A stretch of DNA of 17,285 nucleotides from an uncultured Alphaproteobacteria bacterium (GTDB lineage Bacteria > Pseudomonadota > Alphaproteobacteria > Rhodobacterales > Rhodobacteraceae), in contig CACHDI010000023.1 in NCBI GenBank assembly GCA_902578545.1, forward strand, positions 1 to 17,285, written 5' to 3'. The notes below the pieces were generated by a model. That model made no database searches. It saw nothing but the letters and a program-made list of their open reading frames with translations, and was not told where the DNA came from. How positions within the stretch are numbered: the stretch's first letter is position 1; each line of letters starts with the position of its first letter. A program made the position numbers and the translations under genes. This document shows, piece by piece, positions 1 through 8,465 of the stretch.

Positions 1-146
1 TTTTGTTTATGAAAAAATCTGGCATTAAAATAATTTATGAAATTGGTCCAGGTAGAGTTTTATGCAACTTAATTAAAAGGATTGTAGATGATGTAGAGCA
101 AGAAAATATTTCAAAAGTTGAAGATTTGTTTAAGATAGGAAATTAA
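1..146 (+). CDS. fabD: 3' end of malonyl-CoA:ACP transacylase (FabD). The gene begins upstream of the window.
   Basis: Frame 3 translates to ...MKKSGIKIIYEIGPGRVLCNLIKRIVDDVEQENISKVEDLFKIGN*. This matches the conserved FabD C-terminus (EIGPGKVL..LxKRI motif). The taa stop is at 144-146, 4 nt before the fabG ATG, and the position immediately upstream of fabG-acpP-fabF is the canonical one. Confidence 0.75.
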   Translation, partial: LFMKKSGIKIIYEIGPGRVLCNLIKRIVDDVEQENISKVEDLFKIGN

Positions 147-149
147 TTA

Positions 150-884
150 ATGTTTGATTTTATTGGAAAAAAAATATTGATAACCGGAGCTTCCGGCGGT
201 ATCGGCAAAGAGCTAACTAAATCATTTTTAGAAAATGGAGCCGACGTATTTATTACAGGAACCAGTAGCCAAAAACTTACACTTTTAAATAAAGAACTGA
301 ATGGTAAGTGTAAAACTATTGAATGTAATTTATCATCTGTTGATGAAACAAATAAACTAATAGAATATTTAAATGGATTTGGTGGAATGGATATTTTGAT
401 CAATAATGCTGGTAAAACTGAAGATAACCTTTTTATGAGAATGACTGATAAACAATGGGAAGATGTTATGTTAATCAATCTTACCTCAGTTATGAGATTA
501 ACAAGAGGCGTAATTAGAGGAATGATTAAGAAAAGATGGGGAAGAATAATTAATATTTCTTCAATTGTTGCTTTAACTGGTAATTCTGGTCAATCTAATT
601 ATGTCGCTGCAAAATCTGGACTGATAGGTTTTTCTAAATCTCTTGCTTCTGAAATTGCTTCTAGAGGAATTACAGTAAATTGTATTGCTCCGGGATTTAT
701 AGAGACTAATATGACAGAAAAATTAAACGAAAACCAAAAAAACTTAATATTATCTAAAATTCCAATGAATCGTATTGGTCTTCCAATTGAAATTTGCTCA
801 TCTGCTATTTTCTTAGCCTCATCTTTTTCTAATTACATTACTGGGCAAACAATTCATGTAAATGGGGGAATGTATATGAGTTAA
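150..884 (+). CDS. fabG: 3-oxoacyl-ACP reductase (short-chain dehydrogenase/reductase family)
   Basis: 244 aa. It carries the TGASGGIGK Rossmann motif, an NNAG motif and a YxxxK (YVAAKSG) active site. The C-terminus (GQTIHVNGGMYM) is typical of FabG, and the gene sits between fabD and acpP. Confidence 0.9.
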   Translation: MFDFIGKKILITGASGGIGKELTKSFLENGADVFITGTSSQKLTLLNKELNGKCKTIECNLSSVDETNKLIEYLNGFGGMDILINNAGKTEDNLFMRMTDKQWEDVMLINLTSVMRLTRGVIRGMIKKRWGRIINISSIVALTGNSGQSNYVAAKSGLIGFSKSLASEIASRGITVNCIAPGFIETNMTEKLNENQKNLILSKIPMNRIGLPIEICSSAIFLASSFSNYITGQTIHVNGGMYMS

Positions 885-920
885 GTATTTTTTTATTTTG
901 TAAAAAAAAATAAAAATATA
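885..920 (+). terminator. AT-only near-palindrome (tatttttttattttg taaaaaaaaataaaaata) after fabG. It is a weak candidate intrinsic terminator or attenuator.
   Basis: Inverted repeat ttttatttt / aaaataaaa flanking gtaaaaa. There are no G/C pairs, so any hairpin would be very weak. Confidence 0.2.
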
Positions 921-974
921 TTGCTTATCATTTAACACAAGTGTATAGCTCTCCCATTCGTTAATTATTTTTTT

Positions 975-1027
975 ATTTATAATTAATACCAAATCTATTG
1001 TATAATAAAACAGGTGAGGTTCGTAGC
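975..1027 (+). promoter_or_regulatory. Putative acpP promoter (-10 TATAAT at 1001-1006 preceded by TG) and Shine-Dalgarno AGGTGAGG (1012-1019)
   Basis: ttgTATAATaaaacAGGTGAGGttcgtagcATG. acpP classically has its own strong promoter downstream of fabG. The -35 is weak and AT-rich. Confidence 0.4.
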
Positions 1028-1264
1028 ATGAGTGATATAACAGATCGTGTAAAAAAGATTGTAGTAGAGCATTTGAATGTTGATGAAAGTAAAGTTTCTG
1101 AAGAAGCTTCATTTATCGATGACTTAGGAGCAGATAGTTTAGATACTGTTGAATTAGTTATGGCATTTGAAGAGGAATTTGATATTGAAATTCCGGATGA
1201 TGCTGCCGAAACTATTCAAACATTTGGAGATGCTGTTAAATTCATAAACGACAAAATGAGTTAA
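1028..1264 (+). CDS. acpP: Acyl carrier protein
   Basis: [16 protein letters not shown]...[26 protein letters not shown]. The DSLD phosphopantetheine-attachment motif is unmistakable. An AGGTGAGG Shine-Dalgarno sits 8 nt upstream of the ATG at 1028, so the ORF-track start at 998 is an over-extension. Confidence 0.95.
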   Translation: MSDITDRVKKIVVEHLNVDESKVSEEASFIDDLGADSLDTVELVMAFEEEFDIEIPDDAAETIQTFGDAVKFINDKMS

Positions 1265-1341
1265 GATATATTTTTTTATGAAATATATAAATTTCTACCA
1301 AAAATTGTTTAGTTTTATAACTGTTTTTTTCAATTTGTTTC

Positions 1342-2610
1342 TTGGGGAATAAATTGAGACGTGTTGTAGTAACTGGTTTAGGCATGGTTAGTCCTTTGTC
1401 AAGCTGTGTAAATGGTACATGGGAAAATTTATTGAATGGCTTTTCTGCTGCTGACAAAATTACCCGTTTTGATACTAATGGTTATACAACAAATTATGCA
1501 TGTGAAATTAAGTTTGGAGATGGTTTAAATAATACATTCTTTCCTGATGAATGGATGGATCCAAAGGATCAAAGGAAGGTAGACTTTTTTATTCTTTATG
1601 GAGTTGCAGCAGCTGAACAAGCCATTCGAGATTCTGGCTGGAAACCATCAAGTAATAATGAAAAAAACCGAACAGGTGTGATGATTGGATCTGGTATAGG
1701 AGGTCTTGGTTCTATAGCTCAAACTGCTGTACAAATAAAGGAAAAAGGCCCAAGAAGAGTTTCACCTTTTTTTATTCCTGGTGCTCTAATAAATTTAATT
1801 TCAGGACAAGTTTCTATAAGACATGGTTTTAAAGGTCCAAATCATGCTGTTTCAACTGCTTGCTCAACTGGAGCTCATTCAATAGGTGATGCTGCTAGAT
1901 TAATCATTAATGGTGATGCTGATGTAATGCTTGCTGGTGGTTCCGAAAGTCCAATTACTGAAATAGGTATTGCAGGTTTTAATGCTTGTAAAGCCCTATC
2001 AACAAAATTTTCAAATAATCCAAAAACTGCGTCTAGGCCGTATGATAAAGATAGGGATGGGTTTGTAATGGGTGAGGGAGCGGGAGTTCTAGTTTTAGAA
2101 GAGTACCAACATGCTTTAGCAAGAAATGCAAATATTTATTGTGAATTAGTTGGTTATGGTTTATCAGGGGATGCTCATCATATTACTGCTCCATCCGAAG
2201 ATGGCGATGGGGGTTATAGATCAATGTTAGCTGCTTTAAATTCTTCAAACTTACATTATAAAGATATAGATTACATAAATGCTCATGGTACATCTACAAT
2301 GGCTGACATAATTGAACTTGGTGCAGTAGAAAAATTACTCGCAGAGCATGTCCCCAATGTAACAATGTCTTCAACGAAATCTTCCATTGGTCATTTATTA
2401 GGTGCTGCAGGTGCTGTTGAAGCAATATTTTGTATTTTATCAATTAGGGATCAAATTGCACCCCCAACTATAAACCTAAATAACATTGCAAAAGAAACTA
2501 AATTAGATTTAGCACCAAATATATCTGTGAAGAAAGAAATTAATATTGCTTTATCAAACTCATTTGGATTTGGTGGAACAAATGCATCTTTAATTTTTAA
2601 AAAAATCTAG
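1342..2610 (+). CDS. fabF: 3-oxoacyl-ACP synthase II (beta-ketoacyl-ACP synthase)
   Basis: 422 aa. It opens with RRVVVTGLGMVSP, has an active-site Cys in ...STACSTGAHSIG, the His motifs HGTSTMAD and HLLGAAGAVE, and a C-terminal NSFGFGGTNASLIF. The only in-frame start after the upstream stop is TTG at 1342, and there is no obvious Shine-Dalgarno. Confidence 0.9.
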   Translation: MGNKLRRVVVTGLGMVSPLSSCVNGTWENLLNGFSAADKITRFDTNGYTTNYACEIKFGDGLNNTFFPDEWMDPKDQRKVDFFILYGVAAAEQAIRDSGWKPSSNNEKNRTGVMIGSGIGGLGSIAQTAVQIKEKGPRRVSPFFIPGALINLISGQVSIRHGFKGPNHAVSTACSTGAHSIGDAARLIINGDADVMLAGGSESPITEIGIAGFNACKALSTKFSNNPKTASRPYDKDRDGFVMGEGAGVLVLEEYQHALARNANIYCELVGYGLSGDAHHITAPSEDGDGGYRSMLAALNSSNLHYKDIDYINAHGTSTMADIIELGAVEKLLAEHVPNVTMSSTKSSIGHLLGAAGAVEAIFCILSIRDQIAPPTINLNNIAKETKLDLAPNISVKKEINIALSNSFGFGGTNASLIFKKI

Positions 2611-2679
2611 TTTATTTATGAGAACAATAACTTCAAACTTTTTTGCTGCTGGTATTTTTTTTTAATTTTATTTCCTGCC

Positions 2680-3603
2680 TTGGAATTGTTAAAAAACTAT
2701 CGTCCAAATCTAAATCCGCAAAAAATTAAAAATTATTCATTAATTATTAATAAAGGCGATACTTTAAGAGTAGTTTCAAGCAAAATGGTTGAAAAAGGGA
2801 TTATAAAAAATAAAGAAATTTTTGAATTTTTTGCAAAATTTTCCAGTTACGAGAAATCGATTAAATCAGGCCAATATAATATACCCGGTATTTTATCAAT
2901 AAAAGAATTATTAGATCATTTAAATTTAGGAAAAGTTGTTCAAAATCGAATTACTATTACAGAAGGTATGAACAATGCTACTTTTTATGAAATTTTAAAA
3001 GAGAACAATTTGTTATCGGGTAAATTGGATTTTACAGATTTTCCAACTGAAGGTTATTTAGCACCAGATACTTATTTTTATGAAAAAGGAGAAAACAGGA
3101 TAAATTTATTAAATAGAATTATTAAAGCACAATCAAAAAAAATTAATGATATTTGGGTTAAAAGACCTAAAAATAATCAATTAAAAAATTCTCATGAATT
3201 AGTAATCCTAGCTTCTATTATTGAAAAAGAAACTGGAGATTATAATGAGTTAGATTTAGTTTCATCGGTTTTACATAATCGATTAAGAAAAAAAATGAGA
3301 CTGCAAGCTGATCCAACTGTTATTTATGGTATAACACAGGGAAAAAAATCATTAGGCCGTCCACTAACAAAATCTGATTTAAGAAAATATTCTGAATTTA
3401 ATACCTATATAATAAAAGGTTTACCGCCAAATCCAATTTGTAATCCTGGAGAAGATGCTTTGAAAGCGGCAGCTAACCCTGCTAATTCAAAATTCTATTA
3501 TTATGTTTCAAATGGTATAGGAGGACATTTCTTTTCAAAGAATCTTGCAGAACATAATAAAAATGTTAAGTTGTATAAATCACTAGTTGGAAAAAATAAT
3601 TAA
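2680..3603 (+). CDS. mltG: Endolytic murein transglycosylase MltG (YceG-like). The catalytic domain begins at a TTG, and the N-terminal transmembrane anchor appears to be encoded upstream in another frame (see findings).
   Basis: 307 aa. YceG family features are present, including the catalytic-Glu motif LASIIEKETG and the LQADPTVIYG, GLPPNPICNPG and YYYV motifs. The position after fabF mirrors the E. coli fabF-pabC-yceG arrangement. Confidence 0.8.
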   Translation: MELLKNYRPNLNPQKIKNYSLIINKGDTLRVVSSKMVEKGIIKNKEIFEFFAKFSSYEKSIKSGQYNIPGILSIKELLDHLNLGKVVQNRITITEGMNNATFYEILKENNLLSGKLDFTDFPTEGYLAPDTYFYEKGENRINLLNRIIKAQSKKINDIWVKRPKNNQLKNSHELVILASIIEKETGDYNELDLVSSVLHNRLRKKMRLQADPTVIYGITQGKKSLGRPLTKSDLRKYSEFNTYIIKGLPPNPICNPGEDALKAAANPANSKFYYYVSNGIGGHFFSKNLAEHNKNVKLYKSLVGKNN

Positions 3604-3655
3604 CTACCCCTCACATGGTATTTGTTTTTCTTTCAAATTCTTGAGGTAAGAATAA

Positions 3656-4468
3656 ATGAAGCAAAAATCAACTGCTGCAAATAAAACTGATGAAATTTGG
3701 GAAAAAATTATATTTGAGTCGATTGAGATAAAAAAAAAAGAACCCTTACTAAATTATTTCATTGATAAAAAAATAAGTGACCACAATTCTTTTCAGGAAT
3801 GTTTATCTTACTTAGTTGCAGATAACTTAGAATGTAGTTTTATAGAATTTAGCGAGATCAAAAAAATTACTGATTTTGCTTTAGATAGTGATGAAAAAAT
3901 AATTTTTTCCACAGTAGAGGATATTTTAGCAAACTTTGATAGAGATCCAGCTTGTACACGCCACATCAATCCGGTTCTCTATTATAAAGGTTTTCAAGCA
4001 TTACAGTGCTATAGAATAGCTAACTTCTATTCAAAGAAAGGGAACTCAGATTTAGCATATTTTATTCAAATGTTAGTATCAAACAAATTTTCTGTAGATA
4101 TCCACCCCTTTGCTACTATTGGTAAAGGAATATTGATGGATCACGCACATGGAATAGTTATTGGAGAGACAGCAAAGATTGGAGATAATGTAAGTCTTTT
4201 ACATTCAGTTACTTTGGGAGGAACAGGAAAAGAAGAGGGTGATAGACATCCAAAAATTGGAAACGGAGTATTGCTAGGTGCTGGAGCCAAAGTACTAGGT
4301 AATATAAAAATAGGAGATTGTGCAAAGGTTGCTTCAGGTTCAGTGGTTTTGACCGATGTTCCAGAGAGAAAAACTGTGGCTGGTATACCTGCAAAAATAG
4401 TAGGTGAAGTTCCAAAAGAGATTTTACCATCAAAATCAATGGATCATGAAATTATAACTAATGAATAA
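3656..4468 (+). CDS. cysE: Serine O-acetyltransferase
   Basis: 270 aa. It has the N-terminal alpha-helical SAT domain and a C-terminal left-handed beta-helix with hexapeptide repeats (GIVIGETAKIGDNVSLLHSVTLGG...HPKIGNGVLLGAGAKVLGNIKIGDCAKV). A GAGGTAAG Shine-Dalgarno precedes the ATG. Confidence 0.85.
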   Translation: MKQKSTAANKTDEIWEKIIFESIEIKKKEPLLNYFIDKKISDHNSFQECLSYLVADNLECSFIEFSEIKKITDFALDSDEKIIFSTVEDILANFDRDPACTRHINPVLYYKGFQALQCYRIANFYSKKGNSDLAYFIQMLVSNKFSVDIHPFATIGKGILMDHAHGIVIGETAKIGDNVSLLHSVTLGGTGKEEGDRHPKIGNGVLLGAGAKVLGNIKIGDCAKVASGSVVLTDVPERKTVAGIPAKIVGEVPKEILPSKSMDHEIITNE

Positions 4469-5716
4469 TTAAGCCAGAAAATTAATAGGCTCTTCCAAAA
4501 AAGATGCTATTTCATTTAAAAACTTTGCGCCAACCGCTCCATCTATCATTCTATGATCAACAGATAAAGTTAATTGAATTATAGTTTTCTTTATAACTTT
4601 TTCGTTTTCATCAAAACATACAACTTCTTGTGTTTTACCAACAGCTAGTATTGACCCATGGGGTGGATTAATTATTGCGTCAAAATTGTCAATCCCCATC
4701 ATTCCCAAATTAGAAATTGTTATTGTTCCGCCATTCAATTCATCAGCTTTTAATCTCCTATTTTTTGATCTTTCAATTAATGATTTTGTCTCTAAACTAA
4801 TATCAGACAGATTTTTGTTTTTTATGTCTTTGATAACAGGTGTTATCAGACCTTCATCAATTGCAATTGCTAATGCTACATCAGTAGACTTAGACTTGAT
4901 TATCTTATCCTCACCCCAAGTAACATTACAGTCAGGAATGTTATAAAGAGCATGGGCAATAGCTTTGATAATAATATCATTTATGGAAATTTTTATTTTT
5001 TTTTGTTCTAATTTTTCATTCAGTAACTTTCTGGCTGATAACAACGTATCGACATAGACATTTTTTCTTAAATAAAAATGAGGTATTTCTCTTTTTGATT
5101 TACCGAGTTGATTTGCAATAGTCTTCCTCATAGGTGTCAGAGGAATAAATTCTTCCTCTGTTTTAAGTGGTTTTAATACTGTGTTCGAATTTATTTTCTC
5201 ATTTTTGTTAATTAAATTAACTATGTCTACTTTGATAATACGACCTAATGGTCCAGACCCTTTAATTTCATTAAAATTTATGTTATTTTGTAGGGCAATT
5301 CTTTTTGCAAGTGGAGAAATTTTAATTCTTTTTTTTGAATCAATTTTTTTTATGGGATTTTCAGAGGAGACTTCTTTTTTTATTAATAAATTTTCATTAT
5401 TTTTGTTTTTTTTCTCTATAGCATCAATATTTTTTCTATCAATTTTATCAACATCTTTACTTAATGATTGCAAGTTTGATGTATCCAGTACTGCGATTGG
5501 TTCATTAACTTTGATATTTTCTACCCCTTCTTTTATCAGGAGTTTTATAATTGTACCATCTTCAGAACTTTCAAACTCCATAATTGCTTTATCAGTCTCT
5601 ATTTCAGCAATTAGATCTCCCGCTTTTACTACATCACCTTCTTTAACAAGCCATTTTGACAATTTACCCTCCGACATCGTCGGAGAAAGAGCTGGCATTA
5701 ATACTTGAGTTGACAT
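4469..5716 (-). CDS. pdhC: Dihydrolipoamide acetyltransferase (pyruvate dehydrogenase E2). It carries a single N-terminal lipoyl domain.
   Basis: 415 aa. The lipoyl domain reads [22 protein letters not shown]...IAEIETDKA. It is followed by the peripheral subunit-binding domain ([28 protein letters not shown]) and the 2-oxoacid dehydrogenase catalytic domain with the DHRMIDGA active-site motif. Confidence 0.85.
   Translation of the reverse strand: MSTQVLMPALSPTMSEGKLSKWLVKEGDVVKAGDLIAEIETDKAIMEFESSEDGTIIKLLIKEGVENIKVNEPIAVLDTSNLQSLSKDVDKIDRKNIDAIEKKNKNNENLLIKKEVSSENPIKKIDSKKRIKISPLAKRIALQNNINFNEIKGSGPLGRIIKVDIVNLINKNEKINSNTVLKPLKTEEEFIPLTPMRKTIANQLGKSKREIPHFYLRKNVYVDTLLSARKLLNEKLEQKKIKISINDIIIKAIAHALYNIPDCNVTWGEDKIIKSKSTDVALAIAIDEGLITPVIKDIKNKNLSDISLETKSLIERSKNRRLKADELNGGTITISNLGMMGIDNFDAIINPPHGSILAVGKTQEVVCFDENEKVIKKTIIQLTLSVDHRMIDGAVGAKFLNEIASFLEEPINFLA
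5560..5716. repeat. Diverged intragenic repeat, copy 1. The lipoyl-domain coding segment of pdhC is about 85% identical over roughly 90 bp to copy 2 in pdhB (6905-7067).
   Basis: On the + strand ...tcaaactccataattgctttatcagtctctatttcagcaattagatctcccgcttttactacatcaccttctttaacaagccattttg compares with ...tcaaattccattattgccttgtcagtttctatttctgcaattaaatctcctgctttaattatatcaccttctttgaccaaccattttg. Antisense pseudo-ORFs 5181-5708 and 6730-7203 share [12 protein letters not shown](R/K)SPA for the same reason. Confidence 0.8.
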
Positions 5717-5723
5717 ATATTTT

Positions 5724-7067
5724 TTAATCCAAATTAGTTACTTTTTTAATTTTCTCAAATATTTCTTCGGGAGTGATTAGTGCAGCTAATTCTAGATTTT
5801 TAGCATAAGGCATAGGTACGTCTTTTCCAGTACAATTTATAACTGGTGAGTCAAGATAATCAAAAACATTCTCCATTATGGAGGCAGATAAATGATTACC
5901 TATAGAACAAACAGGAAAACATTCTTCAACTGTGATGCAACGGTTGGTCTTTTTGATTGATTCAAAAACAGTATTATAATCAATTGGTCTTAAACATCTT
6001 AGATCGATAAGCTCGACACTTATATTAATATCTTTAGCAAGTTCTATTGCCATAAGTGAATGCTTTATTCCTATACCGTAACTTATAATTGAAACATCTG
6101 TACCTTCAATTAAGATATTAGCTTTTCCTATGGGGATCAATTCATCTCTTATTTCTGATGAAGCTGACTTGTCATTATATAATATTTCATTTTCTAAAAA
6201 AATTACAGGATTTGGATCTCTTATAGCGGATTTCAAAAGCCCTTTTGCATCATTTGCAGAAAATGGTTGAATTACTTTTAAACCAGGTATTGATGCAAAC
6301 CACGGAGCAAAATCTTGAGAATGTTGGGCTGCAACTTGTGAGGCAGCTCCATTTGGTCCTCTCAAAACAATAGGGCAGTTCATTTGTCCACCTGACATAT
6401 AAAGCGTTTTTGCACAAGTATTAATTATTTGATCCATTGCTTGTAATGAAAAATTGAAAGTCATAAATTCAACTACAGGTTTTAATCCTCCAAAAGCAGC
6501 ACCAGCAGCTAAACCGGTAAACCCATGTTCAGTAATTGGTGTATCAATTACTCTTTTACTTCCAAATTCGTCTAAAAGACCCTGAGAGACTTTATATGCA
6601 CCTTGATATTCTGCAACTTCTTCTCCCATTAAAAAAACATTCTCATCTGCTCGCATTTCTTCAGCTAAAGCATCTCTTATAGACTCTCTAACTGTTAATA
6701 TTTTTTGGGTTTCATTTTTTTCTAAATCGATGTCATGTACATCATTTTGGGGATTAATAATTTTTTTAGTCTTATTTTTTTTATCATTTTCTTTATTTAA
6801 ATTTTTTGTTGGTAATGGAATATGGTTGTCGTTAATTTTAACAATTGGTGTATTTACTTTTATATTATTGGTTCCTTCTTCTACAAGTAGTTTGCTAATT
6901 TTACAATCTAAAGCAGATTCAAATTCCATTATTGCCTTGTCAGTTTCTATTTCTGCAATTAAATCTCCTGCTTTAATTATATCACCTTCTTTGACCAACC
7001 ATTTTGCAATTCCTCCTTCTTCCATGGTTGGAGATAATGCAGGCATTAGTATTTCATTGCTATTCAT
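5724..7067 (-). CDS. pdhB: Pyruvate dehydrogenase E1 beta subunit with a fused N-terminal lipoyl domain
   Basis: 447 aa. An N-terminal lipoyl domain ([22 protein letters not shown]...EIETDKA) and a Lys/Asn-rich linker are followed by a transketolase-like E1beta body ([18 protein letters not shown]...[31 protein letters not shown]). This fused-lipoyl architecture is characteristic of alphaproteobacterial PdhB. Confidence 0.9.
   Translation of the reverse strand: MNSNEILMPALSPTMEEGGIAKWLVKEGDIIKAGDLIAEIETDKAIMEFESALDCKISKLLVEEGTNNIKVNTPIVKINDNHIPLPTKNLNKENDKKNKTKKIINPQNDVHDIDLEKNETQKILTVRESIRDALAEEMRADENVFLMGEEVAEYQGAYKVSQGLLDEFGSKRVIDTPITEHGFTGLAAGAAFGGLKPVVEFMTFNFSLQAMDQIINTCAKTLYMSGGQMNCPIVLRGPNGAASQVAAQHSQDFAPWFASIPGLKVIQPFSANDAKGLLKSAIRDPNPVIFLENEILYNDKSASSEIRDELIPIGKANILIEGTDVSIISYGIGIKHSLMAIELAKDINISVELIDLRCLRPIDYNTVFESIKKTNRCITVEECFPVCSIGNHLSASIMENVFDYLDSPVINCTGKDVPMPYAKNLELAALITPEEIFEKIKKVTNLD
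6905..7067. repeat. Diverged intragenic repeat, copy 2 (lipoyl-domain coding segment of pdhB)
   Basis: See copy 1. Confidence 0.8.
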
Positions 7068-7087
7068 TTTTATAAAACCCTTTAATA

Positions 7088-8059
7088 CTAATTATCCAAG
7101 TAAATATCTTTATATAAATCAGTTAAATCAGGTTCTGAACTTTCTAATGCAAAGTCAGCAGCTTCTGAAACAATTTCTTTTATCTCTTTGTCAATTTTTT
7201 TAAATTCATCCTCATCCAAACCTTCATTTAATAGATGTTTCTGAAAATTTTCTATAGGGTCTTTTTTATCTTTAATATTTTGAACTTCTTCTCTGGTTCT
7301 ATATTTTGCTGGATCAGACATAGAATGTCCTTTGTATCTGTAAGTGTTCATTTCTAAAATATATGGTCCATCTCCCCTTCTACAATTAGAGGCGGCAAGT
7401 TCTGTTGCTTTACTCACCTCTAAAACATCCATTCCATCAACTAACCTTCCTGGAATATCAAATGCTTCACCTCTAGTAAAAAGTTTAGGTGTAGAGGAAG
7501 CTCTATCTATTGACGTACCCATTGCATACTGATTATTTTCTATAATAAAAACAACTGGAAGTTTCCAAAGAGAAGCCATATTAAATGCTTCGTAAATTTG
7601 TCCTTGATTAGCTGCTCCATCACCATAGTAGGTAAAACAAACAAATTGATTTTTTTTATATTTATTCGCGAAAGCTAATCCAGCTCCTATTGGAACTTGA
7701 GCTGCTACAATGCCATGTCCTCCATAGAAATCTTCAGATTTACTGAACATATGCATAGATCCACCTTTTCCTTTGGAATAACCATTTTTTTTTCCAGTAA
7801 GTTCTGCCATAACTCCTTTTGGATCCATTCCGCAAGATAACATATGACCATGATCTCTATATGATGTTATAACTTGATCACCTTTTTTTTTGACTGAATC
7901 TACTCCCACAACCACTGCTTCTTGTCCAATATACAAATGACAAAATCCGCCTATCTTACCCATTCCATATAATTGCCCTGCCTTTTCTTCGAATCTACGA
8001 ATTAAAAGCATTTTTTTGTATAAATGGAGATGTGACTTTAGGTTATTCTTTTTGATCAT
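7088..8059 (-). CDS. pdhA: Pyruvate dehydrogenase E1 alpha subunit
   Basis: 323 aa. It has the thiamine-diphosphate-binding signature GFCHLYIGQEAV...YYGDGAANQGQIYEAFNMASLWKLPVVFIIENNQYAMGTS and the phosphorylation-loop-like YRYKGHSMSDPAKYRTREE. It lies immediately upstream of pdhB. Confidence 0.9.
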   Translation of the reverse strand: MIKKNNLKSHLHLYKKMLLIRRFEEKAGQLYGMGKIGGFCHLYIGQEAVVVGVDSVKKKGDQVITSYRDHGHMLSCGMDPKGVMAELTGKKNGYSKGKGGSMHMFSKSEDFYGGHGIVAAQVPIGAGLAFANKYKKNQFVCFTYYGDGAANQGQIYEAFNMASLWKLPVVFIIENNQYAMGTSIDRASSTPKLFTRGEAFDIPGRLVDGMDVLEVSKATELAASNCRRGDGPYILEMNTYRYKGHSMSDPAKYRTREEVQNIKDKKDPIENFQKHLLNEGLDEDEFKKIDKEIKEIVSEAADFALESSEPDLTDLYKDIYLDN

Positions 8060-8100
8060 GATTTAGTTTAACATTAAACTATAGATTTAACAATGATATT

Positions 8101-8424
8101 TTATTTTTCAATAAGCATTATTTCGTCAGGTCTAATTAGACCAAGAATTTTTCTTGATTGCTCATCTAATAAGTCTAAATCTAAATTTTTTTTACTTAAA
8201 CTCGATGTTTTTTTTTCAATATTAAAAAGAACTTTTTGAAGGGAATTTAATTTATTATTCAATTCAATAATCTCTAATTCCAAAACTATACTTTTTTTTA
8301 AACCGTTATTTCCATAAATAGCGTTATAAGTAAAATAAAATGAAATAACTAAAAAACTTACTGATATTAAAAAGTTTATTAGGATTATCTTTGATTTTTT
8401 ATTTATATTAAAGAAATTTATCAA
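8101..8424 (-). CDS. ftsB: Septum formation initiator (FtsB/DivIC-like) small bitopic membrane protein
   Basis: 107 aa. An N-terminal transmembrane helix (IILINFLISVSFLVISFYFTY) is followed by a coiled coil and a C-terminal ...LDEQSRKILGLIRPDEIM motif typical of the FtsB family. An ftsB-like gene directly upstream of pdhA is a conserved alphaproteobacterial arrangement. The true start may be an internal Met. Confidence 0.6.
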   Translation of the reverse strand: MINFFNINKKSKIILINFLISVSFLVISFYFTYNAIYGNNGLKKSIVLELEIIELNNKLNSLQKVLFNIEKKTSSLSKKNLDLDLLDEQSRKILGLIRPDEIMLIEK

Positions 8425-8465
8425 TTTATAAAATTTAGTTCTGTAAATTATAATTTAAAATAATA

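Noticed and set aside
143-478. Antisense ORFs listed in the six-frame track, including 143-478(-), 819-1112(-), 1242-1457(-), 4209-4439(-) and 4686-4946(+)
   Set aside because: All lie fully inside or antisense to strongly conserved housekeeping genes. They have low-complexity, Leu/Phe/Ile/Ser-rich translations typical of the reverse strand of AT-rich coding DNA, with no start context and no recognisable fold. The same reasoning covers 5181-5708(+), 6730-7203(+), 7344-7532(+), 11412-11618(-), 12073-12402(-), 14635-14826(+) and 16825-17010(+).
998-1027. N-terminal extension of acpP (ORF-track start at 998: [17 protein letters not shown]...)
   Set aside because: The extension includes the AGGTGAGG Shine-Dalgarno itself and begins at a non-ATG codon. 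ACP proteins begin MSDI.../MSTIEER..., so the ATG at 1028 is the real start.
1265-1341. Possible hairpin terminator after acpP (atatatttttttatgaaatatata)
   Set aside because: It is an A/T-only imperfect palindrome with negligible predicted stability. It could attenuate weakly, but cannot be supported as a terminator from sequence alone.
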